From an uncultured Arcobacteraceae bacterium (lineage in GTDB: Bacteria > Campylobacterota > Campylobacteria > Campylobacterales > Arcobacteraceae): 64,000 nt of DNA. Location of the stretch: assembly GCA_964633845.1 (NCBI GenBank), contig CAZWLA010000001.1:31300-95299 (forward strand), given 5' to 3'. This document shows, in pieces, positions 20,018 through 29,146 of this stretch (within the stretch, counting starts at the first letter, position 1; each line of letters opens with the position of its first letter). A program made the position numbers and the translations under genes. Under the pieces are notes generated by a model that was given only the letters and a program-made list of their open reading frames with translations, was not told the DNA's origin and ran no database searches.

Positions 20018-21229
20018 CTAATGATGGTCTTCAATGAATGCTGAAAATGCTTCTTGCTTAGCATATGTCATTGAAATTTCTCTAATTCTAGGTACAATTC
20101 TTTGTAACTCTTTGATTACATAATCAATCTCATCTTCAGTAGTAAACTTACTTAGTGCAAACATAACAGTTGCATTTGCAATTTCTACTTTTTCTCCAAG
20201 AGCTTCAACTACAGCTGATGCTTCAAGATCTTCAGATGAACAAGAACTACCAGTTGATATATAGATACCAGCTTCATTCATATCCCATAGCATTGCTTCA
20301 CCTTCAATACCTCTAAAAGATGCAACTACAATATTATTTAGTCTATGCTCTTTTGGTACATAAGATTTAGTATCAGGAATTTCTAAAATAGCTTTTTCTA
20401 GCTTATCTCTTAGTTTACCAGTATGATTTGCAATATAACCAATACCCATATCTGAGTTTGCCATCTCAATTGCTTCACCCATGGCTACAGCACCATTATT
20501 ATAAACAGATCCTGCTCTTTTACCACCCATTACATTTTTTGATCCATGTATATGAGGTACATATGGTGATTTAGCTTTTACATAAAGTCCACCAACACCT
20601 TTTGGTCCATGAAATTTATGTGCTGACCATGTAAAATAGTTTACACCAAGATCTTGTAGATCAACTTTAATCTTACCAATTGCTTGTGCTGCATCTGTAT
20701 GCATAGGGATTCCTGCTGCTTGACACATTCTAGCGATCTCTTTTATAGGCTGAATAGCACCTGTTTCATTAGATGCATATAATACAGATACAAGTGCTGT
20801 TTTATCTGTCATAGCTGCCTTTAGTTCTTCTAATGATACTAAACCATTTTCATCAGTACCTAAGTAAGTAACTTCCATACCAAAAGACTTACAGTATGCT
20901 AAAGGTGATTTAATAGAAGCATGCTCTGCTACAGTTGATATGATATGGTTTTTAGCATTGTCTTTATCTCTCAGGTATGCATCTAAAAATGTTTTAATTA
21001 CAGCATTATTTCCTTCTGTTGTTGAAGATGTAAATATAATATCATCATCATCACTTGCATTTAAACTATCGTATATTTTGTCATATGCACCATTTAGTGC
21101 AACTCTACATTCTATACCTTGTTTGTATATTACATTTGCATTTCCAAATGTTTTTGTTGATTCACAATAGATCTCTTGAATTTTTGGATCCATTGGTGTT
21201 GTTGAGTTATTATCTAAATAAACTTCCAT
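20018..21229 (-). CDS. nifS: NifS-type cysteine desulfurase
   Basis: 403 aa. PLP lysine motif SAHKFHGPKGVG and active-site loop STGSSCSS. It lies immediately upstream of nifU. Confidence 0.92.
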   Translation of the reverse strand: MEVYLDNNSTTPMDPKIQEIYCESTKTFGNANVIYKQGIECRVALNGAYDKIYDSLNASDDDDIIFTSSTTEGNNAVIKTFLDAYLRDKDNAKNHIISTVAEHASIKSPLAYCKSFGMEVTYLGTDENGLVSLEELKAAMTDKTALVSVLYASNETGAIQPIKEIARMCQAAGIPMHTDAAQAIGKIKVDLQDLGVNYFTWSAHKFHGPKGVGGLYVKAKSPYVPHIHGSKNVMGGKRAGSVYNNGAVAMGEAIEMANSDMGIGYIANHTGKLRDKLEKAILEIPDTKSYVPKEHRLNNIVVASFRGIEGEAMLWDMNEAGIYISTGSSCSSEDLEASAVVEALGEKVEIANATVMFALSKFTTEDEIDYVIKELQRIVPRIREISMTYAKQEAFSAFIEDHH

Positions 21230-21372
21230 ATATTTTCCCTTTTACTATCCTATTTCTTAAATAAGACAATTTTTATCTTCTTTTAAAATAGTATTGAAAG
21301 GTTACTAAATTTATACTTAACTTTAGATATTAGTATATTATTGTATGATTAGGAAACTTAATAGGAGTCGCA

Positions 21373-22035
21373 TTGGCAAGTACAACTGAATACTTAAAAT
21401 CTATTTCATTCTTTGAATACTTAAGTCAAAGTGACCTAGAAAAGATTGAAAAATATAGTATTGTTAAAAAGTATCCAAAAGGATCAATAATGATGTATGA
21501 GGGAGATAATAGTACAAATATATCTTTCTTGCAAGCAGGTTTAGCTAGAGTTTATAAAATGGATAAGTTTGATAATGAAATCTTTTTATATCATATATAT
21601 GAACATCAATTGATAACAGAGCTTTCTACACTAAATGAAAACATTATTACATGTGCCTCAAATATATCTATAGATGAAGAATCTGTTATTATAAATATAG
21701 ATTACAATAAATTTAGAGATGACTTTATCTCTACAAATATATTAACAATTCAGTTTTTGCAAGAGATATTTGCAAAGACACAAAAACTTCAATGTGTAGT
21801 TAATCGTGAATTAGTATTTGATTCTACTGCTAAAGTAGCACATTTTTTAAGTGAAAATTTAGAGATGTTTAATAAGTTAAAACGTACAGAAGTAGCATTA
21901 CTTTTACATCTTCAGCCTGAAACATTATCACGTGTTCTTAGAAAACTACAACGACAAGATTTAATTGGAGTTGAAGTAAAAAAAGTTTTTATAATAGATC
22001 AAGATGGTTTATATGATCTATTTCAAGGGGTGTAA
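21373..22035 (+). CDS. Crp/Fnr-family transcriptional regulator lacking an FNR Cys cluster (Dnr/NnrR/NssR-like)
   Basis: 220 aa. TTG start 5 nt after AGGAG. cNMP-binding-like beta-roll N-domain. C-terminal HTH RTEVALLLHLQPETLSRVLRKL keeps the E--SR recognition residues of FNR-type proteins. No N-terminal cysteines. Confidence 0.8.
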   Translation: MASTTEYLKSISFFEYLSQSDLEKIEKYSIVKKYPKGSIMMYEGDNSTNISFLQAGLARVYKMDKFDNEIFLYHIYEHQLITELSTLNENIITCASNISIDEESVIINIDYNKFRDDFISTNILTIQFLQEIFAKTQKLQCVVNRELVFDSTAKVAHFLSENLEMFNKLKRTEVALLLHLQPETLSRVLRKLQRQDLIGVEVKKVFIIDQDGLYDLFQGV

Positions 22036-23016
22036 ATGAAGATAAATATTAGTATATTAAGCAAAATTAAAATAGTTGGAGCACTCCTTACAACTGTAAT
22101 TTTTACAGTAATTGGTGTAACTATACATATTAATAATAAAACATCAAAAGATGCTACGATTATTAATATGGCAGGTAAGCAACGTATGCTTACACAAAAG
22201 ATGGCAAAAAATATATTTTATATACATACTAATAATAAATATGATTTTAGAGAATTAGATGCAGCATATGAGCTATTTTCAAAACATCTATATATGTTGT
22301 CAAATGGTGATTACAAAAAAGGGCTATATGTTGTAGATGATGAATTAATTAATAATCAGCTTATAAAAGTAAAAAAGATGTGGCAAGAGTTTAGTCAACA
22401 CATTATTAGTTTTAAACACAATAAACTTACAAAGCAAGACAATAATAAGTTAGTGCAAGTTATATATGATACAAATGGTGAATTACTTTATGAGATTGAC
22501 AGACTTGTAGGCATGTACACTAAATATAGTGAAGCTCAAATTTCTTATATTATATCATTTCAATATTATGCAGGTTTATTTTTATTAATAATATTAGTAT
22601 ATATACTAGTTGCACTTAAAAAAATTGAATCACAAGTGAATAACTTTTTAGAATATACAAAAAGCTTAGCAAGTACGACTGATATATCAGATGTAGTGAT
22701 AAAAGAAATTGATGATGATTTAGAATTTAAAGAAGCATCTTCATCACTAAGTTGTTTTATTACAAAAGTAAATAGTGCAGTACAAGAGTCAAATATTGCA
22801 TTAGAACATTCACAAAAAGCTTCATATAAGTTAGAGCAGATCAATGATGAATTTGATGAGGTATTAAAAGGCATTGAAAATTCAGCTATGCTAGCAGATG
22901 ATATAGATAAAAGTGAAGATATGATGATAGAATCTAGTGAAGAGCTATTGCAATCTACGCAAAAACTACAAAAATTAAAAGATCAATTAGATAAATTATT
23001 AAAAAGTTGTCAATAA
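22036..23016 (+). CDS. Membrane protein with PilJ/NarX-type periplasmic four-helix-bundle sensor domain, no recognisable output domain
   Basis: 326 aa. TM1 at about residues 10-32, periplasmic INMAGKQRMLTQKMAKNIFYI (P-box-like motif of PF13675/NarX-type sensors), TM2 around residue 190. The acidic coiled-coil tail of about 120 aa has no kinase, MCP-signalling or GGDEF motifs. Its ATG directly follows the regulator's TAA. Confidence 0.65.
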   Translation: MKINISILSKIKIVGALLTTVIFTVIGVTIHINNKTSKDATIINMAGKQRMLTQKMAKNIFYIHTNNKYDFRELDAAYELFSKHLYMLSNGDYKKGLYVVDDELINNQLIKVKKMWQEFSQHIISFKHNKLTKQDNNKLVQVIYDTNGELLYEIDRLVGMYTKYSEAQISYIISFQYYAGLFLLIILVYILVALKKIESQVNNFLEYTKSLASTTDISDVVIKEIDDDLEFKEASSSLSCFITKVNSAVQESNIALEHSQKASYKLEQINDEFDEVLKGIENSAMLADDIDKSEDMMIESSEELLQSTQKLQKLKDQLDKLLKSCQ

Positions 23017-23035
23017 TTTATAACTAATATATTAC

Positions 23036-23056
23036 AGTGCTACTATTAGTAGCACT
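23036..23056 (+). terminator. 9-bp stem-loop after the sensor-like gene (weak terminator candidate)
   Basis: AGTGCTACT, ATT, AGTAGCACT, about 20 nt after the stop. The downstream T-tract is poor. Confidence 0.3.
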
Positions 23057-23201
23057 TGTAAATAAGTATAATTGATACGCTACTTTATTCATAAACCCTT
23101 TAAATATGCCCATCTATTCTAGTATATAGGCTGGCTAATAAATATTATTTGTAAAAATTATAATGAAGATAATAATTGTCCTAAATCTAAACTTAAAAAA
23201 A

Positions 23202-23215
23202 TTGATTAGTGTCAA
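23202..23215 (+). promoter_or_regulatory. FNR/DNR-type binding box TTGAT-N4-GTCAA upstream of napA
   Basis: TTGATTAGTGTCAA. The centre (23208/23209) lies about 41.5 bp upstream of the start predicted from the TATAAT at 23238-23243. That is class II activator geometry. Confidence 0.55.
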
Positions 23216-23237
23216 TTATTTTATATCTAAAAAGGTA

Positions 23238-23243
23238 TATAAT
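23238..23243 (+). promoter_or_regulatory. Predicted -10 hexamer of the napA promoter
   Basis: TATAAT within GGTATATAATTTT, about 67 nt upstream of the napA ATG. There is no good -35, consistent with an activator-dependent promoter. Confidence 0.45.
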
Positions 23244-23309
23244 TTTCATGTTAGAAGTTTTATCGATAAGCGATAAGATGTTCTAGAGAAATAATTAAGG
23301 AGAGAAATT

Positions 23310-26171
23310 ATGGCACTTTCAAGAAGAGATTTTCTGAAAAGTTCAGCAGCAGCTTCTGCAGCGGCAGCTATTGGTATGAGTGTACCAGCAGAGATGCAAG
23401 CAGCAGCAACTAAGGCTGATAGTGATTGGAGATGGGACAAGGCGGCTTGTCGATTCTGTGGTACTGGTTGTGGTATTATGATGGCTACAAAAGGTGAAGG
23501 TAAAGATAGAAAGATTGTTGCGGTTAAAGGTGACCCAGCAGCACCAGTAAATAGAGGACTTAACTGTATTAAAGGTTACTTTAATGCAAAAATTATGTAT
23601 GGTGCGGATAGACTTACTAAGCCATTATTAAGAGTTAATGCTCAAGGTGAATTTGATAAGCAAGGTAAATTTGCTGAAGTTTCATGGCAAAGAGCATTTG
23701 ATATTATGGAAGAGAAAGCAAAAGCAGCATTTGCTGAAAAAGGACCTGAAGGGGTTGCAGTATTTGCTTCTGGACAGTATACAGTTATGGAAGGTGCGGC
23801 AGCACAAAAAATGATGAAAGCTGGATTTAGATCAAATGCTATTGATCCAAATGCTAGACACTGTATGGCATCAGCAGTTGTTGGTTTCTACCAAACATTT
23901 GGTGTAGATGAGCCTTCTGGTTGTTATGATGATATTGAGCTTACAGATACTGTTGTATCTTGGGGATCAAATATGGCAGAGATGCACCCAATTCTATGGT
24001 CAAGAGTTACAGATAGAAAGCTTTCTGATCCAGATAGAGTTAAAGTTGTAAATATTTCTACATATAGACATAGAACTTCAGATTTAGCTGATATGGAGAT
24101 TATTTTCTCTCCAAATACAGATACTGCTATGTGGAACTACATTGCAAGAGAGATTGTATATAATGCACCTGAATCTATTGATTGGGATTTCGTAAATAAA
24201 AATATGGTATTCGCTGCTGCTAACCCAAATATTGGTTATGGTATGAGAAAATCAAATGAGAAATCTATTAAAGAGGGTAAATATACTGCTAAAGAGATGG
24301 AAACTATTTCAAAAGAGATGAGTACAATTGTTTCTGAAAAAGAAGCTCCAGCGTTAGCACCATATGGATACAAAGCTGGTGATAAGATGGTACATAATAA
24401 GCCAGGTTTACCACACTGGTTAATTGAATTTGAAGAGTACAAAAAATCTTTAGAGCCATATACATTAGATTATACTGCAAAAATTTCAAAAGGTGACCCA
24501 GATGAAGATATTGAAGAGTTCAAAAAGAAACTACAATATTTAGCTGATCTATATATTGAAAAAGGTAGAAAAGTAGTATCATTCTGGACAATGGGTATGA
24601 ATCAACATACTAGAGGTACTTGGACAAATACATTATCGTACAATGTTCACTTCTTACTAAATAAACAAGCTAAACCAGGTGATGGTGCATTCTCACTTAC
24701 TGGTCAACCATCAGCATGTGGTACAGCAAGAGAAGTTGGTACATTTACACATAGATTACCAGCAGATATGATGATTAAAAATCCTAAGCATAGAGCTATG
24801 GCTGAAGAAAAATGGCATCTTCCTAAGGGAACTTTAAATGGTCAAATGGGTCAACATATTATGAGAATCCATAGAGATATTGAAGATGGACATGTTAAGT
24901 TTGCATGGGTAAATGTATGTAATCCTTACCAAGATTCTGCATCTGCATCACACTGGATTAAAGCTGCAAGAGAGATGGATAACTTTATCGTAACTTCAGA
25001 TGGTTACCCAGGTATTTCTGCAAAAGTTTCTGACCTTATTTTACCATCAGCAATGATGTATGAAAAATGGGGAGCATATGGAAATGCAGAGAGAAGAACT
25101 CAGCACTGGAGACAGCAGGTATTACCTGTAGGTGATGCAATGTCTGATACATGGCAATGGGTAGAATTCTCTAAAAGATTTACAGTAAGAGATCTATGGA
25201 TGAAAGACGTAAAAGTTAAATGGGGTAAAAAGACTATGAAAGCTATCCCTGAGTCTGAGATTAGAAAAGCTGGATATACTCCTGATACTACTATGTTTGA
25301 GATTTTATTTGCAAATGATAGAGCAAAATCTTATAAAAAAGATATGAATGATCCTGTTCAAGCTGGATATGATGATACTGATTCTTCAGGTGATGAAAGA
25401 GGTGTTATTGGTTCAGATGGTAAAGAGTGGCAAGGTTACGGATTCTTTATCCATAAGTACCTATTTGAAGAGTATGCATCATTTACAAGAGGACATGGAC
25501 ATGATCTTGCACCATTTGATGTTTACCATAAAGTAAGAGGACTTAAGTGGCCAGTTGTTGATGGTAAAGAAACTCAGTGGAGATTTAATGCTAAATATGA
25601 TCCATATGCAGCAAAAGCAGTTGCTAAATCTGGAAATGGTTCTACGCATGCATTCTACGGTGGATTCCTTAAGAAGAGACCTCAAGGTGATTTAACTGGT
25701 ATTAGAAAAGGTAAGAAATTAAGCTATGCTGATAAGCCTGGTAAACACCACTTAAAAGATAAGGCTAAAATCTTTGCTAGACCATATATGGATCCACCAG
25801 AAATGCCAGATACAGAGTACCCAGTATGGTTATGTACAGGTAGAGTTCTAGAGCACTGGCATTCAGGTACAATGACTATGAGAGTTCCTGAATTATATAG
25901 AGCAGTTCCAGAAGCATTATGTTATATGCACCCAGAAGATGCTAAGAAGTATGGTGTTAAGCAAGGTCAACTTGCGTGGGTTGAATCAAGAAGAGGTAAA
26001 GTTAAAGCAAGAGTTGAAACTAGAGGTAGAAACCGACCTTCAAGAGGACTTGTATTTGTTCCATGGTTCGATGAAAAAGTATTTATTAATAAAGTTTGTT
26101 TAGATGCGACTTGTCCATTATCAAAACAAACAGATTATAAAAAATGTGCTATTAAAATTTACGCGGTATAA
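23310..26171 (+). CDS. napA: Periplasmic nitrate reductase catalytic subunit NapA
   Basis: 953 aa. Tat signal [17 protein letters not shown], [4Fe-4S] motif CRFCGTGCG, molybdopterin oxidoreductase body. RBS AAGGAGAG. Confidence 0.97.
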   Translation: MALSRRDFLKSSAAASAAAAIGMSVPAEMQAAATKADSDWRWDKAACRFCGTGCGIMMATKGEGKDRKIVAVKGDPAAPVNRGLNCIKGYFNAKIMYGADRLTKPLLRVNAQGEFDKQGKFAEVSWQRAFDIMEEKAKAAFAEKGPEGVAVFASGQYTVMEGAAAQKMMKAGFRSNAIDPNARHCMASAVVGFYQTFGVDEPSGCYDDIELTDTVVSWGSNMAEMHPILWSRVTDRKLSDPDRVKVVNISTYRHRTSDLADMEIIFSPNTDTAMWNYIAREIVYNAPESIDWDFVNKNMVFAAANPNIGYGMRKSNEKSIKEGKYTAKEMETISKEMSTIVSEKEAPALAPYGYKAGDKMVHNKPGLPHWLIEFEEYKKSLEPYTLDYTAKISKGDPDEDIEEFKKKLQYLADLYIEKGRKVVSFWTMGMNQHTRGTWTNTLSYNVHFLLNKQAKPGDGAFSLTGQPSACGTAREVGTFTHRLPADMMIKNPKHRAMAEEKWHLPKGTLNGQMGQHIMRIHRDIEDGHVKFAWVNVCNPYQDSASASHWIKAAREMDNFIVTSDGYPGISAKVSDLILPSAMMYEKWGAYGNAERRTQHWRQQVLPVGDAMSDTWQWVEFSKRFTVRDLWMKDVKVKWGKKTMKAIPESEIRKAGYTPDTTMFEILFANDRAKSYKKDMNDPVQAGYDDTDSSGDERGVIGSDGKEWQGYGFFIHKYLFEEYASFTRGHGHDLAPFDVYHKVRGLKWPVVDGKETQWRFNAKYDPYAAKAVAKSGNGSTHAFYGGFLKKRPQGDLTGIRKGKKLSYADKPGKHHLKDKAKIFARPYMDPPEMPDTEYPVWLCTGRVLEHWHSGTMTMRVPELYRAVPEALCYMHPEDAKKYGVKQGQLAWVESRRGKVKARVETRGRNRPSRGLVFVPWFDEKVFINKVCLDATCPLSKQTDYKKCAIKIYAV

Positions 26172-26183
26172 AGGGAGGCAATT

Positions 26184-26888
26184 ATGAAAACTTTAGGAAA
26201 ATTAACATTAAGTTTAGCGGTTGCGGCAACGGTATTGTTTACAGGGTGTAATGATGCACCTTCTAAGCAAGAGGTTGCAAAGCCAACAATTACTGAGGCC
26301 TCTTTAGGTCTTAGAAAAACAGATCTATATTGTGAAGATAGTACAGTTGCTGAGCAAACAAACTATAGAAAGTCGTCTGCGGGAGGTGCTGCTAAAATTA
26401 ATAGAGCATTCCAAGATGCTCCACCTATGATTCCACATGATACAGAAGGTATGCTACCAATTACAATTAGTAATAACCAGTGTACTGGATGTCATATGCC
26501 AGCAGTTGCAAGTATGATGGGAGCTACACCAATTCCTGTTTCTCATCTTACAGACTTTAGACCTAAGCATACGCTTGTAGGTCAAGACTTTAAGCCTGCT
26601 ATTGACAATATGAAAAATCAAGTTGCTATCTCTAAAAATAAAGATGGTAAACTTACTGGTGCAAGATTTAACTGTACTCAGTGTCATGCTCCTCAGTCAC
26701 AGGGTAACTTAGCTGTTGAAAATACTTTTGAAGCAGCATATACTACTAAAACTGGAGCATCTAAGTCTACTTGGGATAGTTCAGAATTTATGCATGGAAT
26801 TGATACTATTAAAGGTAAAGCTGGACAAGTTACTGCAGCAGATGTTGCAAATAAAGATTCAGTATCTGGTCAACCATTAGGTCACTAG
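26184..26888 (+). CDS. napB: Dihaem cytochrome c NapB, predicted lipoprotein with C-terminal extension
   Basis: 234 aa. Two CXXCH motifs (CTGCHM, CTQCHA) in NapB-like spacing. The signal peptide ends in lipobox LFTGC. About 70 aa follow the second haem motif. Confidence 0.8.
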   Translation: MKTLGKLTLSLAVAATVLFTGCNDAPSKQEVAKPTITEASLGLRKTDLYCEDSTVAEQTNYRKSSAGGAAKINRAFQDAPPMIPHDTEGMLPITISNNQCTGCHMPAVASMMGATPIPVSHLTDFRPKHTLVGQDFKPAIDNMKNQVAISKNKDGKLTGARFNCTQCHAPQSQGNLAVENTFEAAYTTKTGASKSTWDSSEFMHGIDTIKGKAGQVTAADVANKDSVSGQPLGH

Positions 26889-26928
26889 ATAATATAAATT
26901 GTAGTAAAATTATTTTATTACAATATAG

Positions 26929-26955
26929 AGGGTGAGATAATTCTCACCCTTTTTT
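26929..26955 (+). terminator. Strong intrinsic terminator between napB and napG
   Basis: AGGGTGAGA, TAAT, TCTCACCCT, followed by TTTTTT. It is preceded by a second AT-rich palindrome at 26898-26924. Confidence 0.8.
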
Positions 26956-26971
26956 AGTCAAAAAAATATTA

Positions 26972-27012
26972 ATATTAGAATAAGTTATTTTGAGTATAAT
27001 GTATTCTAATAT
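26972..27012 (+). promoter_or_regulatory. 10-bp perfect inverted repeat bracketing a TATAAT upstream of napG (candidate promoter/operator)
   Basis: ATATTAGAAT (26972-26981) and ATTCTAATAT (27003-27012) flank TATAAT at 26995-27000. Each arm is followed by or overlaps a GAATAAGTTA direct repeat (26978-26987 and 27013-27022). Confidence 0.35.
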
Positions 27013-27045
27013 GAATAAGTTAGTTGATAACGGAGGAAATCTATT

Positions 27046-27825
27046 ATGACAGATAGAAGAAAATTTTTACTAAATATGGCTAGAGGTGTTGGTCTTGCAG
27101 GACTTGCAGGGCTTACATGGAGTGCATATGTAGATGAAGTAACAGCTTCTACATTAATACTACGACCACCAGGGGCTTTAAAAGAAGAAGATTTTTTAGC
27201 TACATGTATTAAGTGTGGGATGTGTGTGGAAGCATGTCCATATGATACATTATTATTAGCAAAACCTGGTGACCATAAACCTATGGGTACACCATATTTT
27301 GTACCTAGAGAAGTACCTTGTTATATGTGTCCTGATATACCTTGTGTACCTGTATGTCCTACTGGTGCACTAGATCAAAAATCTGTATCTAATGATCAAG
27401 GTGAACTCGATATAAATAAAGCTGATATGGGACTTGCTGTAATAGATGATGAGTCATGTATCGCATTTTGGGGTATTCAGTGCGATGCTTGTTATCGTGC
27501 ATGTCCAATTTTTGGAGATGCTATTACTATTGAATATACAAAAAATGAACGTACAGGTAAGCATGCATTTATGAAACCAATAGTTCATAGTGATCATTGT
27601 ACTGGATGTGGATTATGTGAGAGAGCTTGTGTAACAGAAAAACCTGCAATATTTGTACTTCCAAGAGAAAATGCACTTGGAAAAGCTGGAGATTATTATA
27701 TCAAAGGTTGGGATAAAAATGACGAGAAAAGACTTGAAAAGGCAACAAGTGAAACAACAACTACAGAAATTAGTAAAGATTCAGCAATGGACTCATTAAA
27801 TAGCAGTATGGAGGATCTATACTAA
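27046..27825 (+). CDS. napG: Periplasmic ferredoxin-type protein NapG
   Basis: 259 aa. Tat signal DRRKFLLNMARG and four Cys clusters (CIKCGMCVEACP, CPDIPCVPVCP, CDACYRACP, CTGCGLCERAC). Confidence 0.9.
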   Translation: MTDRRKFLLNMARGVGLAGLAGLTWSAYVDEVTASTLILRPPGALKEEDFLATCIKCGMCVEACPYDTLLLAKPGDHKPMGTPYFVPREVPCYMCPDIPCVPVCPTGALDQKSVSNDQGELDINKADMGLAVIDDESCIAFWGIQCDACYRACPIFGDAITIEYTKNERTGKHAFMKPIVHSDHCTGCGLCERACVTEKPAIFVLPRENALGKAGDYYIKGWDKNDEKRLEKATSETTTTEISKDSAMDSLNSSMEDLY

Positions 27826-28641
27826 ATGAAAACTTTATGGAATAATTATAGATATTTAATATTAAGACGATTAGTACAAGTTGGAATAATGGTATTGTAT
27901 TTTGGTGCAAATGCTTGGGGTTGGACTATACTTATGGGAAATCTAAGTTCATCAAATTTTTTAGGACTTATTCCACTTAGTGATCCTTATGCAGCACTAC
28001 AAATGCTTGCAGCTGGCGCATTGATGGCTACAGACTTGATTATTGGTGTAGCAATAATCACTATAGTTTATGGTTTAATTGGTGGTAGAATGTTTTGTTC
28101 TTGGGTTTGCCCTGTAAATCCAATCACTGATGCAGCAAATTATTTAAGAAGAGTACTTGGTTTTAATCAAATACAAAAAAGACAACCAGCTACAAGAAAT
28201 ATGAGGTACTGGACTATTGGGCTATCTTTAATCATATCATTTGCACTAGGTGTAACTGCATTTGAATTTATATCTCCTGTATCTATGGTACATAGAGGTA
28301 TTATATTTGGACTTGGATTTGGATGGGCAGCAATACTTGTAATATTCTTATTTGATCTGTTTGTACTTAAAAATGGATGGTGTGGACATATTTGTCCTCT
28401 TGGCGGATTTTATTCTATAGTAGGTAAATTCTCACTTCTTAGAGTTAATCATAATGTAGATAATTGTACAGAGTGTATGAAATGTAAAGAGGTGTGTCCA
28501 GAAGATCAAGTACTTTATATGATTGCTAAAAATTCAGAACAAGTCTTAGATGGTGAGTGTACAAATTGTGCAAGGTGTATAGAGGTTTGTGATGATGATG
28601 CGCTAGAGTTTTCAATTAGGAAATTAAAGAGTGGATCGTAG
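27826..28641 (+). CDS. napH: Membrane quinol dehydrogenase subunit NapH
   Basis: 271 aa with four TM segments. CSWVCP and CGHICP motifs. C-terminal 2x[4Fe-4S] (CTECMKCKEVCP, CTNCARCIEVC). Confidence 0.9.
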   Translation: MKTLWNNYRYLILRRLVQVGIMVLYFGANAWGWTILMGNLSSSNFLGLIPLSDPYAALQMLAAGALMATDLIIGVAIITIVYGLIGGRMFCSWVCPVNPITDAANYLRRVLGFNQIQKRQPATRNMRYWTIGLSLIISFALGVTAFEFISPVSMVHRGIIFGLGFGWAAILVIFLFDLFVLKNGWCGHICPLGGFYSIVGKFSLLRVNHNVDNCTECMKCKEVCPEDQVLYMIAKNSEQVLDGECTNCARCIEVCDDDALEFSIRKLKSGS

Positions 28642-29146
28642 GGATCTTTTTAGTTCAATTGGTAAATCATTTCAGGGTGAAAAGCGAGTAGATATAGGGA
28701 CTATACGACCACCATACTTTAAAAATTTATTTGATTTTGATAAATGTATTGAATGTGAAGATAAGTGGTGTATTGGTGCTTGTGAAGAAAATATTATTGA
28801 TGTTGATAAAGATGGAATACCAACATTAAACTTCACTAATAGTGGATGTACATATTGTGATGAGTGTGCAGTTGATTGTGACCAAGGTGTACTAGAAGTT
28901 GAGTATAGACAAAATATAAAAGCAAATATAAAAATAGATATGATTAAGTGTATGAGTTGGCATGATACTATGTGCTTTTCTTGTAAAGATCCATGCTTAG
29001 ATAATGCTATAGAATTTATAGGAATGTTTAGACCAGAAATTAATCTAAGTCAATGTACTTTATGTGGTTTTTGTATAAAATACTGTCCTGTAGATGCTAT
29101 AAGTATTAGTCAATTAAAAGAGGAGACAAATAATGAAACTATTTAA
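28631..29146 (+). CDS. napF: Cytoplasmic ferredoxin-type protein NapF
   Basis: 171 aa. GTG start overlapping the napH end, N-terminal RRDLF, several Cys clusters (CTYCDECAVDC, CTLCGFCIKYCP). Confidence 0.8.
   Translation: MDRRDLFSSIGKSFQGEKRVDIGTIRPPYFKNLFDFDKCIECEDKWCIGACEENIIDVDKDGIPTLNFTNSGCTYCDECAVDCDQGVLEVEYRQNIKANIKIDMIKCMSWHDTMCFSCKDPCLDNAIEFIGMFRPEINLSQCTLCGFCIKYCPVDAISISQLKEETNNETI

Noticed and set aside
23264-23277. Tandem CGATAAG-CGATAAG in the predicted napA 5' leader.
   Set aside because: There are only two 7-nt copies and no associated structure or known motif. It cannot be distinguished from chance.
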